A model generated the notes under the pieces. That model did no database searches. It saw only the letters and a list, made by a program, of their open reading frames with translations, and had not been told where the DNA came from. From Candidatus Hermodarchaeota archaeon (GTDB lineage: Archaea; Asgardarchaeota; Lokiarchaeia; Sigyniarchaeales; SOKP01), in assembly GCA_048885525.1 (NCBI GenBank), contig JBHLLP010000013.1, positions 20,643 to 84,642 of the forward strand: DNA of 64,000 bases, written 5' to 3'. The position numbers were made by a program, and so were the translations under genes. Each line of letters opens with the position of its first letter. Positions within the stretch are counted from its first letter, which is position 1. Of the stretch, positions 21,258-31,197 are shown piece after piece.

Positions 21258-22229
21258 TTAAAAATCAGATGATTTTAAATAAAGCTTTAGATTTTTGAAT
21301 GTATCACCATTTAATGCATTCATGACACTTGAAAAAACTTCAGGTTGTTTATTTCTTGTTACAGCCATTAAAACTGCTCCATTACTAACTTCTTTCACCA
21401 AAATCCAACAATGATCTGATTCATAAACAATAGTAGATAATGATAAAGGAGATAAATTTACTATATTTTGAAATTCCATAATCTGTTGATAAATACTATA
21501 AATATTAGAATCTAAAGTCCCAATTTCAAATTTCATAAATTGTAATGGTTTTAATTCAAATTTACCAAATGTGGATGAAATTAGCAACCCATCAGGTTGA
21601 TTGAATAAAAGATATTCTGACAATGTATTTAGTTTCAACTCATCTAATAAATATCGAATTTTTCCTAAACGTTGCATTGACAATGTATTCTTTTGAATTT
21701 CATAATCAAGAATTTCAATTAACCTATGTTGTGCGCTACCTTCTTTTACTGATACTGGTGTAAAGGAAAGTTTCTCTAATAACCCACCATTTAAATTTTT
21801 TGTTAGAATTTCATAGAATTCGTCTTCCTTCGATTCTTCTAAATCAATTTTGTTTAATAGAACATAGACCATATCGATTTTAGGAGAAAATTCAAAGGTA
21901 TATGTCAAAAATTTATCAAAAATATTGCGTACCTCGGGATCAATTGCAGCAGAATCAACCATAAATACCGCTGTAGTTGCCTCTGAAAATATCAATTCTC
22001 GTTGGGATTCAGAAAAGTATCTCTCCAAGTATCTTTCCTGTCCACCTAAATCCCAAACATTCAGCTCCATAATACCACGAAAGATAAAGTTTTCCCTTGA
22101 AACTCCTTTAGTCGGTTTTAAGTTTAAAACTTTCATAAAATTATATCCTAAACAAGTTGTCCGCATCAAAGATGTCTTACCCGCACCAGCAGGTCCAAAT
22201 AAAAGAATTTTCATTTCAATGCAACCCAA
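21258..22229 (-). CDS. Rag/Gtr-like small GTPase with C-terminal roadblock/longin-like domain
   Basis: GPAGAGKTS, PT, WDLGGQ, NKID; LFNQPDGLLISS-type C-terminal domain. Confidence 0.85.
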   Translation of the reverse strand: MGCIEMKILLFGPAGAGKTSLMRTTCLGYNFMKVLNLKPTKGVSRENFIFRGIMELNVWDLGGQERYLERYFSESQRELIFSEATTAVFMVDSAAIDPEVRNIFDKFLTYTFEFSPKIDMVYVLLNKIDLEESKEDEFYEILTKNLNGGLLEKLSFTPVSVKEGSAQHRLIEILDYEIQKNTLSMQRLGKIRYLLDELKLNTLSEYLLFNQPDGLLISSTFGKFELKPLQFMKFEIGTLDSNIYSIYQQIMEFQNIVNLSPLSLSTIVYESDHCWILVKEVSNGAVLMAVTRNKQPEVFSSVMNALNGDTFKNLKLYLKSSDF

Positions 22230-22444
22230 ATTTGATTTTATTTTTTATTTATTTTCAATATATTTTTTATACTTTAATTTTTATTTAATTTTTTCTAATT
22301 ATTCAAAGAAAATACTTTTATTTGAAATTAATCTCATAAAGATTTGTATAAATTATTGAAAAAAATAAGAAAAAAACAAAAATAAAATATCACTTTTAAT
22401 TAAAAAATTTATATTAAGAAATAAATAATTGGAATGATTAAAAA

Positions 22445-22978
22445 ATGGAAGATTCGCTTTTGAAACATATAAGAAATGTTCCAGATTGGCCAAAACCTGG
22501 AATTCAATTTAAAGATATTACTACGTTATGTAAAACTCACGCACCGTTTAAAGAATCTTGTGATAGAATTATAAAATTCTATCAAGATAAAGGAATTACT
22601 AAGGTAGCAGCCATTGAAGCACGTGGATACGTTTGGGGCGGAGTGTTAGCATATCAATTGGGTGTTGGATTTGTTCTTATAAGAAAACCAGGTAAATTGC
22701 CTTACAAAACTCTAAGTGAAACTTATGAACTTGAATATGGGACAGATAGTATTGAAATGCATATTGATGCGATTGAAGAAGGAGACAAAGTTTTGATTTT
22801 TGATGATTTATTAGCAACTGGAGGGACTGCTAAAGCAGCTTGTAATTTAGTTGAAAAAGCTGGTGGTATAGTGGTAGGCATTGCTTTTGTAATTGAATTA
22901 ACAGGAAGTTTGCACGGAAGAGATAAATTAGAGGGTTATAATGTACTATCATTAGTAGAAATACCTGTTGAAGAATAA
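22445..22978 (+). CDS. apt: Adenine phosphoribosyltransferase
   Basis: IRNVPDWPKPGIQFKDITTL, EARG, RKPGKLP, YELEYGTD, DDLLATGGT. Confidence 0.96.
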   Translation: MEDSLLKHIRNVPDWPKPGIQFKDITTLCKTHAPFKESCDRIIKFYQDKGITKVAAIEARGYVWGGVLAYQLGVGFVLIRKPGKLPYKTLSETYELEYGTDSIEMHIDAIEEGDKVLIFDDLLATGGTAKAACNLVEKAGGIVVGIAFVIELTGSLHGRDKLEGYNVLSLVEIPVEE

Positions 22979-23006
22979 AATTATTCTCTTAAAAACTATT
23001 TATTTA

Positions 23007-24011
23007 TTATTTTTTTAATCTTTCTAATTCTGGAGGTATATAGCCAAAAGTATTAAAAAATCTTTTCCGTACTTTATTAATATCAAACTTTTGTGTTTGA
23101 GCACCTCTAGTTTCCACTACAAATGATCCAATTATAGCACCTAATCTGCATGAATCCAACAAACTCATATCTAAAGTTATTCCTGTTAAAATTGCTGCCC
23201 GATATCCATCACCCGCTCCAGTAGTATCTTCTATTTTTTCTGGAGTCGCGATGGGTATATTGATTCTAAAGATTTTATTATTTTTGTCTTTATAAATCAA
23301 TACAGAACCTTCAGATCCTCTTGTTATTATTATTGCTTTAACATATTCAAGAATATTTTCTTCATTTAGTTCGGATTTTTCCTTTATTTGCTTTATCTCA
23401 TGGGTATTACCAATTAAAATATCTGATTTCTTAATTATATTTATTAAGTTTTCTTTCTCAAAAAGTGGGGTTACTTGACCAGGATCAAATATAGATGGTA
23501 TTTTTAAATCACTTAATTGTGTAGCAAAATGAACCATAGCCTCAACGCTTTGAGTTGAATTTATTGCGCAAATAAATTCTTCTGGATTTGAAATTTTTTC
23601 CTTTAAATTTATATCCTTACATTTATCTAAAGCACCACCATGAAAAATAATCATTTGATTTGCTTTAATGTCATTTACTATATAACAAGCAGCAGTGAAA
23701 AGATCTTCATACACATCAACTAGCAAATCTATACTTTGAAATTGATTTATATGATCCTTGTATCCCAGTCTCTCGAAATCATGTCCAACAGAACCCAATA
23801 TAGTGACTTTAGCAATATCTAAAAGTCCTAGGTTATAAGCAACATTACCGGCAGTTCCTCCAAAAAATTGAAGGCGGCTATTTGCTGTAACAGTACTTTG
23901 ATATTCCTCTTTATCATGATCGATCGAAACTGCATTTATAAAATTTTCTTTAAAACCCATAATATAATCAAAAGCTAATGATCCAAGAACAAGAACTTTA
24001 TTTTTTTGCAT
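23007..24011 (-). CDS. PfkB/ribokinase family nucleoside (adenosine) kinase
   Basis: GSLAFDYI, GGTAGNVAY, FDPGQ, DTTGAGDGYRA. Confidence 0.88.
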   Translation of the reverse strand: MQKNKVLVLGSLAFDYIMGFKENFINAVSIDHDKEEYQSTVTANSRLQFFGGTAGNVAYNLGLLDIAKVTILGSVGHDFERLGYKDHINQFQSIDLLVDVYEDLFTAACYIVNDIKANQMIIFHGGALDKCKDINLKEKISNPEEFICAINSTQSVEAMVHFATQLSDLKIPSIFDPGQVTPLFEKENLINIIKKSDILIGNTHEIKQIKEKSELNEENILEYVKAIIITRGSEGSVLIYKDKNNKIFRINIPIATPEKIEDTTGAGDGYRAAILTGITLDMSLLDSCRLGAIIGSFVVETRGAQTQKFDINKVRKRFFNTFGYIPPELERLKK

Positions 24012-24182
24012 AACAGATTATATTTAATTTTAGAAATATATATTAAATAAATCAATATTATGTTAAAATTTTATAGAATTTGGGAGTAGCTTGTAATTTT
24101 TTGAAAAATAATTTATAAAATTTTATATTTTATATTTTAAACACCCTATATATGCTAGATTATAATAGAGAGGAGAAAAACG

Positions 24183-24932
24183 TTGGTAAAAATAGGAATT
24201 ATTGGGGGTTCGGGATTAGATAATCCGGACATTTTAAAGGAAGCCAAGGATATTGAAGTTAATACTTCATATGGGAAACCTAGTTCTCCATTAAAACTAG
24301 GGAAGATTCATGATGTTGATGTAGTTCTTATTGCAAGACATGGAAGAGAACATAGAATTCCACCAACACAAGTAAATTATAGAGCTAACATACAAGCATT
24401 AAAAGATCAAGGATGTTCACATATTCTCGCGACGACAGCTTGCGGGAGTTTGAGAGAAAAGATAGATAGAGGAGATCTAGTGATTCTTAATCAATTTATA
24501 GACTTCACTAGACTCAGAAAAATATCTTTTTTCGAAGAATTTGCTCCTGGAGATATGAAACATACACCAATGGCAGATCCTTTTTCAGAAGAGCTAAGAA
24601 AATTACTTATTGAAACTGCAAAGGAACTGAATCTTAAGCATCATGAAACTGGAACGGTCGTTACCATTGAAGGACCAAGATTTTCCACAAGAGCAGAATC
24701 AAATATGTTTCGGATTTGGGGAGCTGATGTAATAAATATGAGCATAGCTCCTGAAACTATTTTGGCAAATGAAGCTGGAATTCCATACGCAGCCGTTGCT
24801 ATGTCTACAGATTATGATTGTTGGAAAGTTGATGAAACTCCCGTTACTTGGGAAGAGATATTAGAAATATTTGGTAAAAATGTTAATAATGTTGTAGCTT
24901 TATTAACAAATACTATAAAAAAATTAAAGTAA
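24183..24932 (+). CDS. mtnP: S-methyl-5'-thioadenosine phosphorylase
   Basis: IGIIGGSG, ARHG, VNYRANI, ACGSL, EGPRFSTRAES, STDYDCW. Confidence 0.93.
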   Translation: MVKIGIIGGSGLDNPDILKEAKDIEVNTSYGKPSSPLKLGKIHDVDVVLIARHGREHRIPPTQVNYRANIQALKDQGCSHILATTACGSLREKIDRGDLVILNQFIDFTRLRKISFFEEFAPGDMKHTPMADPFSEELRKLLIETAKELNLKHHETGTVVTIEGPRFSTRAESNMFRIWGADVINMSIAPETILANEAGIPYAAVAMSTDYDCWKVDETPVTWEEILEIFGKNVNNVVALLTNTIKKLK

Positions 24933-25111
24933 CATTCTTTTTTCTTATTAGCTTCTTCTTTTTCCATAAGAGATTATTTATCACATAAAAATACATATAT
25001 AATTGTCTAATACTTTACATTTCAAAATTTGATAAAATTATTATTTTTTTTATATTTACACAAGGTAAGAAAATGATTTAAAGCTAATAATATTCTTAAA
25101 GACCTTTAAAA

Positions 25112-26419
25112 ATGGTTACTATCTCTTTTCTCGGTGGATGTAGAGAAATTGGACGAAGTGCGATACTAATAGAATCTCAAAATGGTGCTAAATGCATTTT
25201 AGATTATGGGATTCGATTCAGTGGAGAAGAAAGACTCCCTAATAACACAAATTTAGAAAATTTGAAGGCTGTCGCTCTAAGCCATAGTCATATTGATCAT
25301 TCAGGTGGATTACCTTTATTATATAAGAAAGATAAAGTTCCATTTTATACAAATTCTATTTCTCTAGCAACAGCAGAAATTTTAATTAAAGATATGATAA
25401 AAATTTCAAATTATCCATTTCCTTTTGGGTATCGAGAAGTAGATTATCTAAAAAATAACTCCTATTTTCTTGAAAATGGAACTCGTCAAAAAATTTTTGA
25501 TAATTTCTTTATAACATTTCTAGATGCTGGACATATTCCTGGAAGTGTATCAATTTTAATCGAAGTAGATCATAAAATAATTTTATATACTGGTGATATT
25601 AATACACAAGTTACTAATTTGATAAATCCAGCTAATTGTGCTAATATTCCTGAGATAGATGCTTTAATCATAGAATCTACTTATGCCCTCAGAGAGCATC
25701 CCCCCCGAAGACAACTTGAAGCGAAATTTGTAGAAAAAATTATTGAAATAACAACTAATGGGGGGAATGTATTAATCCCAGCTTTCGGAGTGGCACGATC
25801 TCAAGAAGCTTTATTGATTTTAGAGAAATATAATTATAATGGAAAAATCTTTATTGATGGATTAGCAAGAAAAATATCTATGTTATATTTAGATTATCCT
25901 AATTATATAAAAAATATCAATTTCTTTAAGAAAGCATTAAAGAAAACACAGTTTGTGTCTAGACCTAAAATTAGGGCAAATATAAAAAACTCCCATGGAG
26001 TAATAATTGCTCCATCAGGGATGTTAAAGGGAGGTGCAGCAATTGATTACATCCAATCAATATTACTAGATCCCTTATCAGCTGTCTATTTAGTAGGATA
26101 TCAAGTAGAAGGAACACCAGGTAGAAATTTATTAGATCAAGGGATTTTTGAATACAAAGACTCAAGACGAAAGCGTAATCACCTTACAGATTTAAGAATT
26201 GAAGCAAAATGTGATTATGATTATTTTGATTTTTCGAGTCATGTTGATAATGTTCACTTACATGATTATATTGAGAACTTAAATTTCCAAAGTATTTCAA
26301 ATAGGGATGTTTTCTGTATTCATGGAGATAATAAGTCAACAACAAGTTTAGCAAGTGAATTGGTGAAAAAGGGATATAATTCAGTAGCTCCAGAAACTGG
26401 AGAAATTTATCGGATATAA
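25112..26419 (+). CDS. Metallo-beta-lactamase/beta-CASP ribonuclease (no KH domains)
   Basis: FLGGCREIGRS, HSHIDH, AGHIPGS, YTGD, ESTY, IPAFGVARSQE, FSSH, IHGD. Confidence 0.9.
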   Translation: MVTISFLGGCREIGRSAILIESQNGAKCILDYGIRFSGEERLPNNTNLENLKAVALSHSHIDHSGGLPLLYKKDKVPFYTNSISLATAEILIKDMIKISNYPFPFGYREVDYLKNNSYFLENGTRQKIFDNFFITFLDAGHIPGSVSILIEVDHKIILYTGDINTQVTNLINPANCANIPEIDALIIESTYALREHPPRRQLEAKFVEKIIEITTNGGNVLIPAFGVARSQEALLILEKYNYNGKIFIDGLARKISMLYLDYPNYIKNINFFKKALKKTQFVSRPKIRANIKNSHGVIIAPSGMLKGGAAIDYIQSILLDPLSAVYLVGYQVEGTPGRNLLDQGIFEYKDSRRKRNHLTDLRIEAKCDYDYFDFSSHVDNVHLHDYIENLNFQSISNRDVFCIHGDNKSTTSLASELVKKGYNSVAPETGEIYRI

Positions 26420-26438
26420 ATTTTTTGAATAAATCAAA

Positions 26439-27965
26439 CTATTTTTTATGCAGTTGATTTCGAACTGCTATGTTGCATTTTTCTAAAAATAATTCTATTT
26501 TTCCAATGGGGATTTTTGTTCCTGCTGCTGGAGGATGACCCCCACCTAGTACATCTAAATTTGATTGTTGGCAAGCATCTCTAATTACTTGTGAAAGGTT
26601 TACTCCTCTATTCACAATATATTCATGGGCTCTCGCAGACACTTTATACATATTCTCATCCTTTCTTATTGCTAAACCAAATATTGGCTTTGATTTATCA
26701 AATCCTTCACTATTTTCAAAAACTAGCATTGATGCAATGGTTCCAACTATGTTTTCTGGAATCACATCCTCTCCAAAAAAATATTGAATATAATCCTTTT
26801 GCTGAATTTTTTGGTTATCATTTAACCATTTAAGACTCGTTACTAACGACTTTTTATAATTTAAAAGTATTTCTTGAGATTTCTTATATGCGATTTTTCG
26901 ATCTCCCATTGCTATAGCGATTCCTAATGAGGCACTGTTTGTTCGTCCACAGGCATTTAACAGATTGGAAAATTCAGCCGCATCATGCAATTCTGAACCA
27001 ACTAATTCATTTTTTAATAAATATCTGTTTATAATTAATTTTTCTACAATTTCACTTGGTTCAATATCAAGTTTTATTGATGCATATTCAATTATTGCTG
27101 AAGAAATCTTTTGTTTTTCATCTTTATTAAGTTCATTCAGTGATTTTATATCTCCAGTAGAATTTTCCATTAAAATTCCTAAAGTTTGTAGAAATATTAA
27201 AGATCTATTAACATCACCTGTTAAGCCGGGTAAATTAATTTCTTTAGAATATGCAATTGCTTCATTTAAAGGTTTTATTGAAGAAAAATTTAAATCATTT
27301 TTAACTTCTATAAGATTCATATTTATAGCATCTTCAAGTATTAATGAATTTAAACTGGAAAAGGATTTATTTGGACCTTGATTTTGAATATCTCCAATAG
27401 CACCTATAAGTGCAATTACTGACAGATCAATATTGTTTTTATTTAGACATTTAGTAAAAAAATAACTTAAACCAGCGCCGGAGATCTCAATACTACCATC
27501 AAATCCATAAAAATATGGATTAATATGCCAATGATATGATTTTTTATAAATTTCGTCGATTAAATCAAGATCTTCCATAGATGGTACATTCTGAGGAAGA
27601 TGATGGTCTAGTATAATAAAAGAATTAAAATTTTCCTTCAAGATCAATTGATTTTGAAGTTCAGCATATTGTCCACTTCCGAAATCAGTAAAAATTAAAA
27701 AATTTTTGAATTCTTTTATATTATTAGAGATTTTTGTAATTTCTTCCCTTTCTAATTGGCGCAAAACAGTAATTTGGAATGGAATTTTTTCTCTAAATAA
27801 AGCTTTACCTAGTATTGCACCTGCGCTTAATCCATCAGCGTCTAAATGAGTATATATGTGAATTGGTGAACTAATTTTATTTAGACTATTAAGAAAGTTG
27901 TTTTTAACAACCTTTATTGCATCAAAAAGCTTTTCTAAATTTTCTTTGAAACGATTCATCTTCAA
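26439..27965 (-). CDS. DHH-family (RecJ/Cdc45-like) phosphoesterase with DHHA1 domain
   Basis: HLDADG, DFGSG, LDHH, GAIGD, LLNACGR, VSAR, GGGHPPAAG. Confidence 0.9.
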   Translation of the reverse strand: MKMNRFKENLEKLFDAIKVVKNNFLNSLNKISSPIHIYTHLDADGLSAGAILGKALFREKIPFQITVLRQLEREEITKISNNIKEFKNFLIFTDFGSGQYAELQNQLILKENFNSFIILDHHLPQNVPSMEDLDLIDEIYKKSYHWHINPYFYGFDGSIEISGAGLSYFFTKCLNKNNIDLSVIALIGAIGDIQNQGPNKSFSSLNSLILEDAINMNLIEVKNDLNFSSIKPLNEAIAYSKEINLPGLTGDVNRSLIFLQTLGILMENSTGDIKSLNELNKDEKQKISSAIIEYASIKLDIEPSEIVEKLIINRYLLKNELVGSELHDAAEFSNLLNACGRTNSASLGIAIAMGDRKIAYKKSQEILLNYKKSLVTSLKWLNDNQKIQQKDYIQYFFGEDVIPENIVGTIASMLVFENSEGFDKSKPIFGLAIRKDENMYKVSARAHEYIVNRGVNLSQVIRDACQQSNLDVLGGGHPPAAGTKIPIGKIELFLEKCNIAVRNQLHKK

Positions 27966-28067
27966 TGGAAGTAGATTGTCATAAATGCAAAATTAATATT
28001 ATATTAAATTATCAAAATAATAATATATACTCAATTAAAAAAAGTAATTGCAATAAGGTGAAAATAA

Positions 28068-29063
28068 ATGCATCATTTAAAAATTAATGAATTAGCTAAA
28101 ATTATCGTTGAGAAAATAATAAAGAATAAGGAAATCTACAATGCAGAGATTCATATATTAGATAATGGTGCTACTATCCTTGATATGAGTAAGGCATCTT
28201 GGATTGGAGGAAAATTAGTTAGTGAAATATGTATGGGAGGTTTAGCTAGTGTTAAATTTTCTTCCTACAATTTAGATGGGCACTTCATACCTAGTGTTAA
28301 TGTTTATACTTCTGAACCAATAATCTCATGCATAGCTTCTCAGTTAGCTGGTTGGAATGTTAAATTAAAAAAAGAAGTAGAAAAAGAAGGACAAATAAAA
28401 AAGAAAATAATATTTCAATCTTTAGGCTCGGGACCAGCTCGAGCTAAGAGTAAAGTAGAAAAAGTATATGAAGAATTAGATTATACAGACAACTCAAACT
28501 GTGCAGTTATTGTTTTTGAGACTTCAAAATTGCCAAATGAAGAAGTTATGGATATTGTGGCTAATAAGTGTGGAGTTAATCCAAATAATACCTATTCAGT
28601 ATGTGCTCCAACTGCATGTTTGACGGGTTCTATTCAAGTAGCCGCTAGGATAGTAGAAACAGGAATCCATAAACTACATGAAATTAAATTTCCAATAGAT
28701 GTAATAAATGATGGTTTCGGAACGACAACGATTGCTCCAATAGCCAAAGATGATCTTGGGGCAATGGGACGTACAAATGATTCGATAAGTGCAGCAGGTT
28801 TAACGTATTATACTGTTAATATAGAAAAAGAAAAAGAAGAAGAGTATTTTGAACTTCTTAAAAAAGCACCCGCAAGTACGTCTTCGAGTTATGGAAAACC
28901 CTTTATAGAAACCTTTGAAGCAGCCAATTATAACTTTTACGATATAGATCCGGGATTATTTGCCCCAGCAGTTTATACAGTAAATAATATCAAAACCGGG
29001 AAAAGTGTAACAGTTGGAAAAGTAAATCACGAACTATTACGTCAATCTTATGGATTAATATAA
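28068..29063 (+). CDS. mch: Methenyltetrahydromethanopterin cyclohydrolase
   Basis: EICMGGL, SQLAGW, GSGPARA, GSIQVAARIVETGIHKL, MGRTND, FYDIDPGLFAPA. Confidence 0.95.
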   Translation: MHHLKINELAKIIVEKIIKNKEIYNAEIHILDNGATILDMSKASWIGGKLVSEICMGGLASVKFSSYNLDGHFIPSVNVYTSEPIISCIASQLAGWNVKLKKEVEKEGQIKKKIIFQSLGSGPARAKSKVEKVYEELDYTDNSNCAVIVFETSKLPNEEVMDIVANKCGVNPNNTYSVCAPTACLTGSIQVAARIVETGIHKLHEIKFPIDVINDGFGTTTIAPIAKDDLGAMGRTNDSISAAGLTYYTVNIEKEKEEEYFELLKKAPASTSSSYGKPFIETFEAANYNFYDIDPGLFAPAVYTVNNIKTGKSVTVGKVNHELLRQSYGLI

Positions 29064-29138
29064 TAATTAAAAAAAATATACTCTATTTTTAATTTTCAAG
29101 AATTTTTTTTAAAAAAAACTCGAAATAAAAAAATTATA

Positions 29139-30275
29139 TTACATGTTTGTTAATTCCTCTTTATACCTGAGAACCTCAGCATCAGAAATATCTCGATCAT
29201 ATTTTATCTTTTTCTGGATTCCCAAGTATGCACAAGCGAGCTTAGCAGCAGCAACAACTTCGGCTTTTTTAAGAGTAATAGAATATTCATCTTGTAGGAT
29301 TTGATCTTCCTGATATTGGTTTCTTTGAAGTGTTTTATCTTGAAATCTAGTGGCTCTATCATTTTTCATTTTATATAATAAAGAAGCCATTTTATGAGCC
29401 ACTTTAAAAGGTAATTGATTTTTAACTATTAACCGTATTATATTGTTTACATCAAAATAATTTAAAGTCTCAAATTTTGCTCGAAGATAACTTTTAAGAT
29501 TCTCTGAGTTTCGTTCACATTCAATTTCTGTCCAATCATGTATTGCTAGTTTTCTTCTAAAAAATACTAATTCCCAATCAATATCTAATTCTTTAAATAA
29601 TTCAAACAATTTAGCGTCATTTGCTTTTCGAGATTCTATAATTATGTAAAGTTGAAGGCCATAATATTTATGTTCCTGTTGAAGAAAAAAACCTCTTTGT
29701 TGCATAGAAGAAAGAATTAACACTTTTAATGAAATTATATTATCAGATAAGTTTTTTTTTCCACAGCTCAAATATATGACATTTCCTTCTTCACTTATAT
29801 ATTCACTATCTAGGAATCCCAAAATACTTTCTTTATTTTCTTTTATTAATTTTAATAATCCACTAAGAGTTGGCTTAACTTCATATTTAATTAAATCTTT
29901 TTCACCAATTGTGACATAATCATTGTAATTACTGCCAATAGCTAACTTAATTGAATTTAATTTAAGTTCTTTATCTGAACCGAATACTTTTTGAAAAGCC
30001 CTATTTATTGGGAATACCTCGTCCTCTAAAATTTTCAAATCAGCCATTGAACTTTCATATGGCTCAGGATCATTCAACATTTTATTTAAGATAGGAGCTT
30101 CAGAAGCATCTACCTCTATCTCATATGATTTTGCTAAATCTTTTCTTATGATATAAAATGATCTTTTCTTTTTATTAAAGATTGAAAGCGATGTATATTC
30201 ATTAAGGACAGCCCTAAATTTTTCAATGAATTTACTTTCTGTACTATCTGAACCAATCCTTCTCCGACGAATTAT
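29139..30275 (-). CDS. Hypothetical protein, probably longer than the ORF track call (non-ATG start near 30275)
   Basis: Frame stays open for 66 codons upstream of ATG 30080, to a TGA at 30279-30281, with protein-like sequence (IIRRRRIGSDSTESKFIEKFRAVLNEY...). Confidence 0.6.
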   Translation of the reverse strand: MIRRRRIGSDSTESKFIEKFRAVLNEYTSLSIFNKKKRSFYIIRKDLAKSYEIEVDASEAPILNKMLNDPEPYESSMADLKILEDEVFPINRAFQKVFGSDKELKLNSIKLAIGSNYNDYVTIGEKDLIKYEVKPTLSGLLKLIKENKESILGFLDSEYISEEGNVIYLSCGKKNLSDNIISLKVLILSSMQQRGFFLQQEHKYYGLQLYIIIESRKANDAKLFELFKELDIDWELVFFRRKLAIHDWTEIECERNSENLKSYLRAKFETLNYFDVNNIIRLIVKNQLPFKVAHKMASLLYKMKNDRATRFQDKTLQRNQYQEDQILQDEYSITLKKAEVVAAAKLACAYLGIQKKIKYDRDISDAEVLRYKEELTNM

Positions 30276-30454
30276 TAATCAACTGATTATTAATAATATT
30301 TTATTAAATGCCTTAATTAACTTATAAAATTTTTATCTTAAATTCTTATCTAAAATATACTATAACTTCTTTTTTTATAGATTAAAAAATAATATACCTT
30401 AAGAAGTAAGTGATTTTTAATAATTCATTTTTAGACTTAAAATCTTACGAAATT

Positions 30455-30634
30455 TCATTGTAGTTCTTCTTCAGCGAAAAAATTCTCACCTTTTTTCACA
30501 TATGTAATTGTGGAACCAAAATTATTACGTATTGTATATTTATCCCCTTGTACTTCCAATATTTCAATAGAATATGATAACCTTCTTTGATTTAGAATTT
30601 CTTCAATGATTTTCTTTTCTTCTTTTAAGTCCAT
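30455..30634 (-). CDS. Small hypothetical protein (59 aa), absent from the ORF track
   Basis: MDLKEEKKIIEEILNQRRLSYSIEILEVQGDKYTIRNNFGSTITYVKKGENFFAEEELQ*; genome-like codon and amino-acid usage. Confidence 0.7.
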   Translation of the reverse strand: MDLKEEKKIIEEILNQRRLSYSIEILEVQGDKYTIRNNFGSTITYVKKGENFFAEEELQ

Positions 30635-30821
30635 AATTTATGGTTATTTTGCTATCAAAAAAAATTTATTATTATTCTTTATAAATTAAAATTTAATAAA
30701 CCTATCTAATAAAACATTTTTTAATAACCTATTTACTCACAATTTAAAACTAAAGGTAAGGATGATTATAAAAAAACCTTAAAAGATAATAATCGAATAA
30801 AACCCGACTAACACGAGAATA

Positions 30822-30911
30822 ATGCCTGATCTTGACAAACTGACAAAAGTTTATTATATTATTAGAGAAAAATCTTTGATAGAATACGTAGAAAAAGTTC
30901 TAACAAAATAA
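30822..30911 (+). CDS. Possible 29-aa microprotein
   Basis: MPDLDKLTKVYYIIREKSLIEYVEKVLTK* followed directly by a T-tract. Confidence 0.35.
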   Translation: MPDLDKLTKVYYIIREKSLIEYVEKVLTK

Positions 30912-31197
30912 CTTTTTTGCTATATTCACGGAACCATTATTTCGATAAGATAAATCTTTTTTTATTGAATTCCTCATAATATTACAAATTTTTTATTCAT
31001 TAAATTTGATATTTATATGAATAGCTTCAAATTTATTCATTTTAAACCTTTGTCTCTTATTAAAAAATTGAATTTTTTTTATTAAATATAACATCTTTTT
31101 ATATAAATAAGTGTTTAATTAACTTAATTAACAAAAACCACTATTTTTTCACTTAAAAATTTGTCTAAAAAACTATAGCTTTATTTTTTGATGCAGG

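Noticed and set aside
30279-30281. In-frame TGA as possible selenocysteine (also checked TGA ends at 5249, 17531 and 30455)
   Set aside because: Sequence beyond each TGA is non-coding-like or soon stops, there is no redox-motif context, and no convincing SECIS was seen
30830-30850. TTGACAAACTGACAAA resembling the TGTCAAG repeat at 5546 on the opposite strand
   Set aside because: Only 5-7 bp are shared, and it lies within a candidate microprotein ORF; too weak to call a shared motif
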